Below are positions 15,097 to 24,895 of a DNA stretch of 32,000 bases, piece by piece; position 1 is the first letter of the stretch, and every line of letters begins with the position of its first letter. The notes beneath the pieces were generated by a model that saw only the letters and a program-made list of their open reading frames with translations, was not told the DNA's origin and did not search any database. A program made the translations under genes and the position numbers. Origin of the DNA: Bellilinea caldifistulae (GTDB lineage: Bacteria; Chloroflexota; Anaerolineae; Anaerolineales; Anaerolineaceae); the NCBI RefSeq assembly GCF_001306055.1, contig NZ_LGHJ01000011.1, positions 276,579-308,578 on the forward strand, written 5' to 3'.

Positions 15097-16845
15097 ATGC
15101 TGAGTGAAATCCGCATCCAGAATTTTGCCATCATCCAATCTCTGGAGTTGACCCTGCAGGCTGGTTTAACCACCTTTACCGGAGAAACCGGCGCGGGGAA
15201 GTCCATTATTCTGGATGCGATCACAGCGGTGCTGGGCGGGCGTGCCGAACCGGCCTTCATCCGCGCCGGCGCTGAGCGTGCCAGCGTAGAAGCGCTATTT
15301 CTCATTCCGTCATCCAACCGCCAGGCCATCCTGGATTTGCTCAGGCGCGAGGATTTGCTGGAGGACGAAGAGACCATCCTGATCAGCCGTGAAATCCGTC
15401 AAAACGGGCGCAGCACGGCGCGCATCAACGGTCATAGCGTTTCGATCAGCCTGCTGCGCGAACTGGGCAGTTATCTGGTGGATATTCACGGGCAGTCCGA
15501 GCATCTTTCGTTGCTGAATGTCCGCCAGCATTTGAATTTGCTGGACCGCTTTGCCGGTTCGCAGGAGACCCTGACGGCTTATCAGCAGATTTACCGCGAA
15601 CTGCGCCGCACGCAGAAGGATCTGGAAAACCTGCGCCAGAGCGAGCAGGATGCCGCCCGGCGCACTGATTTGCTCGAATATCAGGCGCGTGAAATCGAGG
15701 AAGCCCGCCTGCAACCGGGCGAAGAAGAAACCCTGCGGCAAGAGCGCAACCGCCTGGCAAATGCCGAAAATCTCTCCTCGCTGGCCCAGGAAGCGCTGAG
15801 CCTGCTGGACGAAGGTCTCCCCGACACCCCCGCTTTGACCGATTTGCTCGGTCAGGTGATTACGGCGCTGGAAGGGCTGGCGCGCATTGACCCGGATCAA
15901 AACCGGCTGGCGGAACAGGCCCTCGCGGTCAACGATACGCTGGCCGAAATCAGCCGTGAATTGCGCCGCTACCTGGATACGATTGAATTCAACCCGCGCC
16001 GGCTGGAGCAGGTAGAAGAACGACTCGACTTGATTCATCGCCTCAAGCGTAAGTACGGCGGCAGCATCGAGGCGGTGCTGGAATTTGCCCGCTCGGCGCG
16101 GCAGGAGCTGGAAACGATCGCCCATGCCACCGAACGGATTGCCGAACTGGAAGAGAAAGAAAAAGCCCTGCGACAGCAACTGGCCGAACTGGCTGCTCGC
16201 CTTTCGCACATTCGGCAGAGCGCCGCGGCTCAACTGGCCGGGGCGGTTGAGGCGGAACTGGCGGACTTAAGCATGGCCGGCGCACGCTTCAGCGTGGATT
16301 TGCACAACCAGCCAGACCCTCAGGGATTGAGCCTGAACGGCGGGGACGATCGGCTGGCTTTCGACGAAAGCGGTGTGGATCGGGTGGAATTTTTGATTGC
16401 GCCCAATCCCGGTGAGGGTTTGAAACCACTGGTCAAAATTGCCTCGGGCGGCGAAACCTCGCGCCTGATGCTCGCCCTCAAACGGGTGCTGACCCAGGCC
16501 GATGCAATCCCTACCCTGATTTTTGATGAAATTGATCAAGGGATTGGCGGGCGGGTCGGTGCGGTGGTGGGTGAAAAATTGTGGCTGTTGGCACGCCAGC
16601 ATCAGGTCTTGTGCGTAACCCATTTGCCGCAGCTGGCCGCCTTTGGTGATCAACATTTTTCAGTGCGTAAGGAGGTGGAAGGCGGGCGTACGTCCACACG
16701 GGTTGAATTACTGGAGGGAGAAGCCCGTTTGATTGAACTGGCCCAAATGCTGGGCGCAGTCACTCAGGTCAACCTCAACGCCGCCCGTGAGACACTCCAG
16801 ATGGCGCAAGCGCGGGCGTTACAACTGGCAGGCAGACTGGTATGA
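15097..16845 (+). CDS. recN: DNA repair protein RecN
   Basis: MLSEIRIQNFAII, Walker A GETGAGKS, a long coiled-coil, the ABC signature SGGETSRLMLAL, and Walker B LIFDEID. Confidence 0.92.
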   Translation: MLSEIRIQNFAIIQSLELTLQAGLTTFTGETGAGKSIILDAITAVLGGRAEPAFIRAGAERASVEALFLIPSSNRQAILDLLRREDLLEDEETILISREIRQNGRSTARINGHSVSISLLRELGSYLVDIHGQSEHLSLLNVRQHLNLLDRFAGSQETLTAYQQIYRELRRTQKDLENLRQSEQDAARRTDLLEYQAREIEEARLQPGEEETLRQERNRLANAENLSSLAQEALSLLDEGLPDTPALTDLLGQVITALEGLARIDPDQNRLAEQALAVNDTLAEISRELRRYLDTIEFNPRRLEQVEERLDLIHRLKRKYGGSIEAVLEFARSARQELETIAHATERIAELEEKEKALRQQLAELAARLSHIRQSAAAQLAGAVEAELADLSMAGARFSVDLHNQPDPQGLSLNGGDDRLAFDESGVDRVEFLIAPNPGEGLKPLVKIASGGETSRLMLALKRVLTQADAIPTLIFDEIDQGIGGRVGAVVGEKLWLLARQHQVLCVTHLPQLAAFGDQHFSVRKEVEGGRTSTRVELLEGEARLIELAQMLGAVTQVNLNAARETLQMAQARALQLAGRLV

Positions 16846-16891
16846 GTGACGACGATACCGGTTGTTTGACGGAGTGGAGGTAAAACGGGTT

Positions 16892-19800
16892 ATGGAAGAA
16901 GACGCTCGCCAACTGCGTGTTCTTCTGCTGGGCTCTCCACGAGTTTTTTACGACGAGCAGGAAATCCACATCAAGCGCCGCTTGCTGCGCGCTTTATTTT
17001 TCTATCTGGCAAGCCAGCCCGACCCGGTGGGGCGCAGTGTCCTCATGGATTTGTTCTGGCCGGAGGAAAGCGAGGATGACGCCCGCCGCCACATTCGCGA
17101 AGCGCTCAGTAAATTGCGATCCGAACTGCCCGACCCTGCTCTGATTGTAGCCACCCAGGATCATGTACGGCTGGATACCGATCGGGTTTATGTGGATTTG
17201 CTCGAATATCAGGCCTTGCTGGAACAGGTGCGCCCTTACCTGCAGCGCGGAATGCACACCCCCCTGCCGGAAGCGATTTACCAGCAAATGGTCAAGGCGG
17301 TCAATTTATGGCGCGGCAAGGAATTCCTCGCCGGAGCGAATCTGCCTTCCACCGACGGACTGGATCACTGGTTGAGTTTTACCAGCCAGTCTCTGTCATT
17401 TAGTTACCAGAATTTGCTGGAAACATTGAGCGAACATTGTGCCGTCAGCGGTGATCTGGAAAACGCCGTTCACTGGATTCGCAAAGCCATTCACCTGGAT
17501 GAAGAAAACCCCGATCTGTATTATCAATTGATCCAGTGGCTGCACGATCTTGGGCGGCGCAGCGAAGCCCTGAGCGAATGTGACCGCATCCGGCAAATTT
17601 ATGAAGAGATGGGCGAAAACCTGCCTACCATCCTGAGCAATCTCTGTCAGCACGTTCGGGAGGGGTCAGATGTCCAGCCGTTCCCGACGGTCAACCCGTG
17701 GCATAACATGCTTACCCTGCAACTGCCGTTTGTCGGGCGGAAAAAGCTGCTGGCAGATCTGAAACTGGCACTCCAGCGCGGTGGTGTAGAAGTTATTTGG
17801 GGTGAGGGCGGTGCCGGAAAGTCGCGGCTGGTGTTCGAATTCTATCAATCGCTGCAGCCGGCGCCGCGCTTGCTGCTGGCCGCGGGGTTCTCGCATCTGG
17901 CCGAATTGCCCTACCAGCCTTTGATTGATTTGCTGCGTCATTCGGTTACGGTCGAGGAGTGGCAGCAATTGGATGCCGTTTGGGCCGGTTATTTGTCCAC
18001 CCTGCTGCCGGAGTTGCCTTCTCTGCGTCCGGATGTCTTTCCGCCCATTGAAATTTCGCTCAGCCACCAGCACCAGCAGATTGCCGAAGCATTTTTACAA
18101 CTGTTCCGCATTCTTTCCCGCCGCCAGCGGCTATTGCTGTTTGTAGATGATGCCCAGTGGTGTGATGAACACACCTTCCATGTGCTGGCGTACCTGCTCG
18201 ACCACCGCCTGTTTTCTCAGCGGGGGTTGCTGATTGTGGCAGCCCGCCCTGAAGAACCCAACCCGGCATTGGAGCGGTTTCTCAGCCAGTCGCAAATCCC
18301 GTGGATGGTTCACCAAACCACGCTGGAACTGCTCAACCGCGATGAAGTCGGTGAGCTGATCCGCCTGGCGTTGGGCAAATCCGCTCCCCCGGAATTTATC
18401 GAACGCCTTGGACTGGAAACGGGTGGAAATCCCCTGTTTGTGCTGGAAACTTTACGGGCGGTGCTGGATTTCAATCTGGATGTCAATCAGCTCAAGGTCG
18501 TTCCTCATCTGCCGCTGGCCAGCAGCATCCATGCCCTGGCGCGCGAACGGTTGCGTTTGTTGGAGCCGCAGACCCGCCAGACGCTGGTTACCGCCGCAGT
18601 GATCGGCCATACCTTTCCGCTGCGGGTGCTTCAAGCGGCGGCTCAGCTGGACATCGAGGAGTGCGTGCGGGTTATCGAAGAACTCGAACGGACGCACTTA
18701 ATCCGTCCGGTCTATTCCAACGACCATACCCGCCAGTACGCCTTCATCCACGACAAGATTCGCGAAGTACTGCTGTTTGAACTCAGCCCGGCGCGGCAGC
18801 AATTGCTCAATTTACGGGTAGCCGAGGCCTATATTTCCCTGGAAGAGAGCCCCGCTTTTGCCGAGAGAATTGCCACGCACCTTGAACTGGCCGGTGAAAA
18901 CCTGCGCGCATTTCAGTACTGGCTTTTGGCAGCCGAACAAGCCATTGCCCACCACCAGACCCATGCCGTCGAAATAGCCTTCCAGCGGGCGGAGAAGATG
19001 CTCCCGCGCATCGAAACTGAATTGACCGAAGAGCATCTGTACCGTCTATATGTGCAATGGGGAGATTTTTGCTGCCAGCAAAATCGTTTAGAGCAGGCCG
19101 AACAAAGCTACGCGGCACTCTTGCGCTTTGGCGAGCTGCGCTACTCCCCCTTGTTGATTGGCAGCGCTTACAGCGGGCTGGCGCGTGTGGCCGGTTTGCG
19201 CCAGCAGGCGCGCCTTGCGCTCGCTCAACTGGAACATGCCATTCCCTTTTTACGGCAGTCCGGCAGTCAGTCCGAAATGATCGAGGCCGGTAGTCGGCGG
19301 GCGGATTTCCTTGCCCAATTGCTGCGGCATCAGGACGCGATTTACTCGCTGGAGAATGTGCTGGAAATGGCCGGATCCGGACAGGACCAGCGCACCAGCC
19401 GGGCAGTGGCCGAGGCTCAGGCAAAACTGGCTTACAATTACATCTTGCTGGCAAAACCGGAGCGAGCCCGGGCAGCAGCGCAACGAGCGCTGGAAAGCAG
19501 CCTCTCGGTGGCCGGGCTGGTCTTCCGTATTGATGCTTTGGTGTGGCTGGCGATGAGCGAATATCTGCTGGCGGAATTTGGGCCGGCTTTGCAGCATTGC
19601 GAAGAAGCCATCGAGATGGCGCAGGCAATCGGTGATGATTTTCGTCTGGCTTATATCTTGACAATCCGCGGGAACATCCATTTGTACCGCGGACTGCTGA
19701 AAAACGCCTGGCAGGATAGTCAGCAGGTCATTGGGATGGTGGAAGGCGGGAAAAGCGACGACATCCTCGCCCGGGCAATCTGCATTCAGGGTGATTTGAT

Positions 19801-20410
19801 GACCTTTTTGCGGGATTACGAGATGGCAGTGGAGTATTACCGGCGTGGTCTGGAAATCAGCCGCAACCCAATCAGCGCCATGGAATGTCTGTTTCGTCTG
19901 GGCACTGCGCTGGTTCTCAACGGCCAACCCGAAAACGGCTTTCCTTTCCTGCGCAAATCCATCGAGTTGAGTAACGAATCCGGGCTGGAGATCATCCGCC
20001 TGCCGGCCCAAATGGGAGAGGTGTTGAGCCGATCGCTGGACGCAAATAGCGGGATTGACCTGCATCTGGTGAATGGCCTGAGGAACGAAGTTGAGCAACA
20101 CGGGTTGACCGCGCTTGGCCTGATTTATTACTGGATCGCCGCTCAACTGGCACGGGAGGGGGATACGGCTCAGTCCATTGAGCACGCCCGCCAGTTGATC
20201 CACCGCGGGCGCGAATTGGGGCTCATCTGGGCGGAGATTGCCGGACTGGAGTTGATTTTGGGATTGCCCATCTCACCGGAAGAGCGACGGCAACGTTCGC
20301 GCGAATTGCGCGGCCTGCTTGGCTTTCTGGACGATCAAACGCGGCTGCTGGGGCTTTCTGAGCGCTATATTCGACTACGCGAAAGACTGGAATCACGGAT
20401 TATTTTGTAA
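16892..20410 (+). CDS. BTAD/SARP-type winged-helix transcriptional regulator fused to P-loop NTPase (STAND-like) and TPR repeats
   Basis: Start at the ATG at 16892, with GGAGTGGAGG about 12 nt upstream. N-terminal wHTH/BTAD (LRVLLLGSPRV..., AVNLWRGKEFLAG), Walker A GEGGAGKS, Walker B LLLFVDDAQW, and a long helical-repeat C-terminus. Confidence 0.85.
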   Translation: MEEDARQLRVLLLGSPRVFYDEQEIHIKRRLLRALFFYLASQPDPVGRSVLMDLFWPEESEDDARRHIREALSKLRSELPDPALIVATQDHVRLDTDRVYVDLLEYQALLEQVRPYLQRGMHTPLPEAIYQQMVKAVNLWRGKEFLAGANLPSTDGLDHWLSFTSQSLSFSYQNLLETLSEHCAVSGDLENAVHWIRKAIHLDEENPDLYYQLIQWLHDLGRRSEALSECDRIRQIYEEMGENLPTILSNLCQHVREGSDVQPFPTVNPWHNMLTLQLPFVGRKKLLADLKLALQRGGVEVIWGEGGAGKSRLVFEFYQSLQPAPRLLLAAGFSHLAELPYQPLIDLLRHSVTVEEWQQLDAVWAGYLSTLLPELPSLRPDVFPPIEISLSHQHQQIAEAFLQLFRILSRRQRLLLFVDDAQWCDEHTFHVLAYLLDHRLFSQRGLLIVAARPEEPNPALERFLSQSQIPWMVHQTTLELLNRDEVGELIRLALGKSAPPEFIERLGLETGGNPLFVLETLRAVLDFNLDVNQLKVVPHLPLASSIHALARERLRLLEPQTRQTLVTAAVIGHTFPLRVLQAAAQLDIEECVRVIEELERTHLIRPVYSNDHTRQYAFIHDKIREVLLFELSPARQQLLNLRVAEAYISLEESPAFAERIATHLELAGENLRAFQYWLLAAEQAIAHHQTHAVEIAFQRAEKMLPRIETELTEEHLYRLYVQWGDFCCQQNRLEQAEQSYAALLRFGELRYSPLLIGSAYSGLARVAGLRQQARLALAQLEHAIPFLRQSGSQSEMIEAGSRRADFLAQLLRHQDAIYSLENVLEMAGSGQDQRTSRAVAEAQAKLAYNYILLAKPERARAAAQRALESSLSVAGLVFRIDALVWLAMSEYLLAEFGPALQHCEEAIEMAQAIGDDFRLAYILTIRGNIHLYRGLLKNAWQDSQQVIGMVEGGKSDDILARAICIQGDLMTFLRDYEMAVEYYRRGLEISRNPISAMECLFRLGTALVLNGQPENGFPFLRKSIELSNESGLEIIRLPAQMGEVLSRSLDANSGIDLHLVNGLRNEVEQHGLTALGLIYYWIAAQLAREGDTAQSIEHARQLIHRGRELGLIWAEIAGLELILGLPISPEERRQRSRELRGLLGFLDDQTRLLGLSERYIRLRERLESRIIL

Positions 20411-20512
20411 TTTTTTACTCACACTTTGTCCACATTGCGTCAACGCCCGGCTGGTATAAAAAGAGCAACGAATAAGCCAGTTTGGGCGGATTTAATAGGG
20501 GTCATCCGCATG

Positions 20513-20560
20513 AAAGAGCGATCGTGGATGGGGATCAACACGATCGCTCTTTGTTCTTCT
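20513..20560 (+). terminator. Intrinsic terminator between convergent regulator and mutS2 genes
   Basis: 14-bp perfect stem AAAGAGCGATCGTG (20513-20526) / CACGATCGCTCTTT (20539-20552), followed by GTTCTTCT. Confidence 0.6.
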
Positions 20561-20586
20561 GTAAAGAAGGTCGAATGAGGAGAAAA

Positions 20587-22995
20587 TCAGCCCTCCCGCA
20601 GATGGACAACCGTAACGCCTTCGCCGCCTTCGCTATCCAGGCCGGTTTCCCAGCTGGCAACAAATTCATTTTGCTTGAGGAATTCCCGCACAGCCTGGCG
20701 CAGTTTACCGGTGCCTTTGCCGTGAATCACACGCACAAACGGCATACCGCTCAGGTAAGCCGATTCAAGGTAACGCTGCAAGGCTTCAAGGGCTTCATCG
20801 GCCCTTTGTCCGCGCAGATCGAGTTCCATGCCGGGGGATGGGGTGAACACAGCCGGACGGGCTGCTGCCGGACGACCCGTAGAGAGCGGACGGGCAGTGC
20901 TGGGGGGCGTGGGGGATGGATTTTCTGGCGGCGGCGGGCTGCCGGGGCGTTCAATTTCTTCGGGGCGGGCGCGCAGCCGCAGGTTTCCCATTTGGACTTC
21001 AATCTCGGACTGACCCAGTGCGGTAATCACCCCTTCCATCTGGAGCGAGCGCAGGCGCACTTTTTCTCCCAGCCGTAACGGGCGGGCAGGTTCGATGGGT
21101 GTGCGTTCTACCGGTTTTTCGGCTTCGCTTTGCAATTCTTCCAGGCGTTCTTGAAGGGGCTTGAGCGCATCCAACGGTTGACGGGCACGCTGCAGTTCGC
21201 GGCGCAGGGCGTCCAGTTCGGCACGCAGGGCAGCAATTTCTTCTTCCTGCTCGCGGCGGGCTTTTTCGAGGATGGCACGCCGTTCTTCTTCGATTTTTTC
21301 CAACCGCTGAGCCAGTTCGCGGCGCATATTTTCCGCCTGAGAGCGTAAGCGGTCGGCTTCGCTGCGGGCTTTGCGCGCCAGATCGCGCTGGCGATGAATT
21401 TCATCCAGCAGGTCTTCGGCGCGCAGGTCGGTTGGGTTGATCATACTCCGTGCGGCTGAAAGGATTTCGGGCGGCAGGCCGAGCCTTTCGGCAATGGCCA
21501 GCGCATTTGAGCGTCCCGGCAGACCAATGGTCAGACGGTAAGTCGGTTTGAGCGAACGCAGGTCAAACTCCATACTGGCGTTGACCACACCGGGTGTGGC
21601 GTGGGCGTAGGCTTTCAATTCCGGGTAGTGGGTGGCAATCAGGCTGGTCACCCGTTTTTCCACCAGATAGCCCAAAATAGCCCGCGCCAGGGCGGAGCCT
21701 TCCTGCGGGTCGGTGCCGGCCCCTAATTCATCCAGCAGCACCAGCGAAAACGAATCCATCCGCCGTAAAATGCGCACAATGTTGGTGATATGACCCGAAA
21801 AGGTGGAAAGCGACTGTTCGATGGACTGCTCATCACCGATATCGGCGTAGATGTTGCGAAAAATGCTCAGGGTAGAACCGCTCTGAGCCGGGATGTGCAG
21901 GCCAGATTGGGCCATGAGCGCCAACAGCCCGACTGTTTTCAGCGTCACCGTTTTACCGCCGGTATTCGGTCCGGTTATCACCAGGGCGTAGGTGTTCTCA
22001 TCCAGCACCACGTCAACCGGCACCACCGTTTGGGGGTCAAGCAGTGGGTGACGGGCTTGATAAAGGACAATCACACTGCCGGGGTGCTTTTCGCGCCCGG
22101 TTTTGCGGAAGGCAGTCAGTACCGGTTCGGCGGCGTGGAGGTCTTCGGCATATTTGGCGCACATGAAGGCTAAATCAAGGCGGGCAAGGGCATCCACAAT
22201 TGCAATGATGGCGGGGCTGTGTTCTCCAATTTGATTGGAAAGCTCGCTGAGGATGCGCCGCTCTTCGTCTCGTTCGGCAAGTTGCAGCTCGTGCCACGCA
22301 TTGTTGAGTTCTACCACCGAGAGCGGCTCGACAAACAGGGTAGCCCCTGAGGATGACTGATCGTGGACGATGGCGCGAATCCGCCCGCGCGATTCAGCCC
22401 GCAGCGGGATGACATAGCGCCCGTTCCGCATGGTGATGATGGCTTCCTGGAGATGGGGCGTATTTTTTGGATCCTGAATCATTTTTTGGAGACGGGAAAG
22501 CAGCCGTTCATGAGCCGTTTTTATCTCCGAGCGCAGGGAGGCCAGTTTAGGGGAGGCGCTGTCCAGCACCTCGCCGCGATCCGAGATGGTGCGGGAGATG
22601 GCCTCAATCAGTCCGGGCGGCGGTGCTAGGGGTTGGGCGATGGCCGCCAGATGCGGGTATTCGGCTTGCTTGCTTTCCAGGGTGCGGAATAGATCACGGG
22701 CGGCAATGAGGGTGGATTTGATTTCCAGCAGTTCGGCCGGCAGTAAAACGCCGCTGCGCGCGGCGCGTTCCGCCAGCGGACGCACGTCTCTCGCTCCGCC
22801 GATGCCGGCTTCGGATTTCACGCTCAGCAGTCGCCGGGCTTCGCTGGTGATGGCTTGCCGGGTAAGCGCTTCCGCCAAATCGGCTGTGGGGCGCAGGGCG
22901 CGGGCCAGCCCGGCAGATGCGGAAAAATCGGCATAACCGGCCAGCCGTTCCAGCACTTTGGGAAATTCCAGCATCGTGAGCGATTTCACATCCAT
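20587..22995 (-). CDS. mutS2: Endonuclease MutS2 (MutS domain V ATPase plus C-terminal Smr)
   Basis: Start at the ATG at 22995 (MDVKSLTMLEFPKVLERL). Walker A GPNTGGKT, a coiled-coil KOW-like region, and Smr LDLRGQRADEAL...VIHGKGTGKLR. Confidence 0.9.
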   Translation of the reverse strand: MDVKSLTMLEFPKVLERLAGYADFSASAGLARALRPTADLAEALTRQAITSEARRLLSVKSEAGIGGARDVRPLAERAARSGVLLPAELLEIKSTLIAARDLFRTLESKQAEYPHLAAIAQPLAPPPGLIEAISRTISDRGEVLDSASPKLASLRSEIKTAHERLLSRLQKMIQDPKNTPHLQEAIITMRNGRYVIPLRAESRGRIRAIVHDQSSSGATLFVEPLSVVELNNAWHELQLAERDEERRILSELSNQIGEHSPAIIAIVDALARLDLAFMCAKYAEDLHAAEPVLTAFRKTGREKHPGSVIVLYQARHPLLDPQTVVPVDVVLDENTYALVITGPNTGGKTVTLKTVGLLALMAQSGLHIPAQSGSTLSIFRNIYADIGDEQSIEQSLSTFSGHITNIVRILRRMDSFSLVLLDELGAGTDPQEGSALARAILGYLVEKRVTSLIATHYPELKAYAHATPGVVNASMEFDLRSLKPTYRLTIGLPGRSNALAIAERLGLPPEILSAARSMINPTDLRAEDLLDEIHRQRDLARKARSEADRLRSQAENMRRELAQRLEKIEEERRAILEKARREQEEEIAALRAELDALRRELQRARQPLDALKPLQERLEELQSEAEKPVERTPIEPARPLRLGEKVRLRSLQMEGVITALGQSEIEVQMGNLRLRARPEEIERPGSPPPPENPSPTPPSTARPLSTGRPAAARPAVFTPSPGMELDLRGQRADEALEALQRYLESAYLSGMPFVRVIHGKGTGKLRQAVREFLKQNEFVASWETGLDSEGGEGVTVVHLREG

Positions 22996-23206
22996 AGCGG
23001 CTTGATTGTAATCCAAAATGAACAAACTTTGTGAAGTGAATGAGACGTCCTCGGTCAACTCCGCCTGAGAAATTAGTGATACTGGCAGCACAAGTAAGAG
23101 ATTGCCGCGCCACCTGACGGCGGCCCGCAATGACTTAAACAAATTAATCTCTCCCCCACCCCTCATTCCCAATTGACGATAAAATAAACCTCAGGAGAGC
23201 AGCGCC

Positions 23207-24889
23207 ATGACAAACGAACCCAACAAAATCATTTATTCGATGATCGGCGTCAGCAAGTTTTACGATAAAAAACCCGTCCTGCAGGATATTTATCTCTCGT
23301 ATTTTTATGGTGCCAAAATTGGGGTGATCGGCTTGAATGGCTCTGGGAAAAGCACCCTGCTACGCATTCTGGCAGGGGTGGAAAAGGACTTCAACGGCGA
23401 AACCGTGCTGGCACCCGGCTACACGGTCGGTTATCTGGAGCAGGAACCCCGGCTGGATGAGAATAAAACGGTGCGCGAGATTGTTGCCGAAGGCGTACAG
23501 GAAGCCATGAGCCTGCTGGACGAATTCAACCGCATCAGCGAGCGCTTTGCCGAACCACTGACCGACGAAGAAATGAGCGCGTTGATTGAGAAACAGGGCG
23601 AGGTGCAGGAAAGGATTGATCATCTGGGGGCGTGGGACATTGATGCCCGGCTGGAAATGGCAATGGACGCCCTGCGCTGTCCGCCCGGCGATACTCCCGT
23701 TAGGGTGCTTTCCGGCGGCGAACGCCGCCGGGTGGCCCTGTGCCGGTTGCTGTTGCAAAAACCGGATATTCTGCTGCTGGACGAGCCGACCAACCACCTG
23801 GATGCCGAGACAGTGGCGTGGCTGGAACGCCACTTGCAGGAATACCCCGGCACGGTGATCGCCGTCACCCACGACCGCTATTTTTTGGATAATGTCGCCG
23901 GCTGGATTCTGGAACTGGATCGCGGACGGGGCATTCCCTACAAGGGGAATTACTCCGGCTGGCTGGAACAGAAGAAAACCCGCTTGATGGTGGAAGAAAA
24001 ACAGGAAAGCGAGCGCATCCGCACGCTGGAGCGCGAGCTGGAGTGGATTCGCATGGCACCGCGCGCCCGTCACGCCAAATCCAAAGCCCGTATTCAGGCT
24101 TATGAACGGCTGCTCAGTCAGGAAAGTGAAAAAGCCGCCAGAGATCTGGAAATTTACATACCACCGGGCCCGCGGCTGGGCAATCTGGTCATTGAAGCCG
24201 AGCATGTCTACAAAGGCTACGGCGACCGCCTGCTGATCGAGGACATGAGTTTTTCCCTGCCGCCGGGTGGAATTATCGGTATCATCGGGCCGAATGGGGC
24301 CGGCAAAACCACCCTGCTGCGGATGATTACCGGACAGGAACAGCCCGATGCGGGCAGCTTCCGGATTGGGGAAACCGTGCAGATGGCATATGTGGATCAA
24401 TCCCGCGATGTGCTTGACCCGCAGCGGACGGTGTGGGAGATGATCAGCGACGGGGAAGAAATCATCCGGCTGGGCGAGCGTGAGGTCAACTCGCGTGCCT
24501 ACGTGGCGCGATTCAACTTCACCGGCGCGGACCAGCAGAAAAAAGTGGGGATGCTCTCCGGCGGCGAACGCAATCGGGTGCATCTGGCGCGGATGCTCAA
24601 ACAGGGCGCAAACCTGCTGCTGCTGGACGAGCCGACCAATGACCTGGATGTGAACACCCTGCGCGCCCTGGAAGAGGCCCTGCTCAATTTTGGGGGATGT
24701 GCGCTGGTGGTCAGCCACGACCGCTGGTTTCTGGATCGGATTGCCACCCACATTCTGGCGTTTGAAGGGGACAGCCGGGTGGTCTTTTACGATGGCAACT
24801 ACACCCAGTACGAGGCCGACCGCCGCGCCCGTCTGGGCATGGCTGCCGATCAGCCGCACCGCATTACCTACCGAAAACTGACCCGCTAA
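23207..24889 (+). CDS. ettA: Energy-dependent translational throttle protein EttA (ABC-F ATPase)
   Basis: Two ABC cassettes (GLNGSGKST / LSGGERRR; GPNGAGKTT / LSGGERNR) and the characteristic EttA N-terminus IYSMIGVSKFY. AGGAGA SD upstream. Confidence 0.9.
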   Translation: MTNEPNKIIYSMIGVSKFYDKKPVLQDIYLSYFYGAKIGVIGLNGSGKSTLLRILAGVEKDFNGETVLAPGYTVGYLEQEPRLDENKTVREIVAEGVQEAMSLLDEFNRISERFAEPLTDEEMSALIEKQGEVQERIDHLGAWDIDARLEMAMDALRCPPGDTPVRVLSGGERRRVALCRLLLQKPDILLLDEPTNHLDAETVAWLERHLQEYPGTVIAVTHDRYFLDNVAGWILELDRGRGIPYKGNYSGWLEQKKTRLMVEEKQESERIRTLERELEWIRMAPRARHAKSKARIQAYERLLSQESEKAARDLEIYIPPGPRLGNLVIEAEHVYKGYGDRLLIEDMSFSLPPGGIIGIIGPNGAGKTTLLRMITGQEQPDAGSFRIGETVQMAYVDQSRDVLDPQRTVWEMISDGEEIIRLGEREVNSRAYVARFNFTGADQQKKVGMLSGGERNRVHLARMLKQGANLLLLDEPTNDLDVNTLRALEEALLNFGGCALVVSHDRWFLDRIATHILAFEGDSRVVFYDGNYTQYEADRRARLGMAADQPHRITYRKLTR

Positions 24890-24895
24890 GCGTTT

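Noticed and set aside
15310-16233. 307-aa minus-strand ORF inside recN. Similar cases are 14526..15377(-), 19250..20203(-), 18807..19664(-), 9993..11084(+), 11675..12520(+), 29147..30250(+), 20482..21078(+), 25502..26311(+), 1998..2807(+), 3540..4118(+) and 5066..5785(+)
   Set aside because: All overlap, on the opposite strand, ORFs with strong family signatures. All have biased Arg/Gly/Pro/Ala composition. They are high-GC antisense artefacts.
16892-20410. STAND NTPase as an Avs-like antiphage sensor
   Set aside because: The N-terminal module is a winged-helix/BTAD DNA-binding domain typical of SARP/AfsR-type regulators, not a nuclease, protease or TIR effector. Composition is native and there is no defence-island context.
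23360-24859. 499-aa minus-strand ORF antisense to ettA
   Set aside because: It mirrors the ettA coding frame and has no motifs, whereas ettA has two complete ABC cassettes. It is a shadow ORF.
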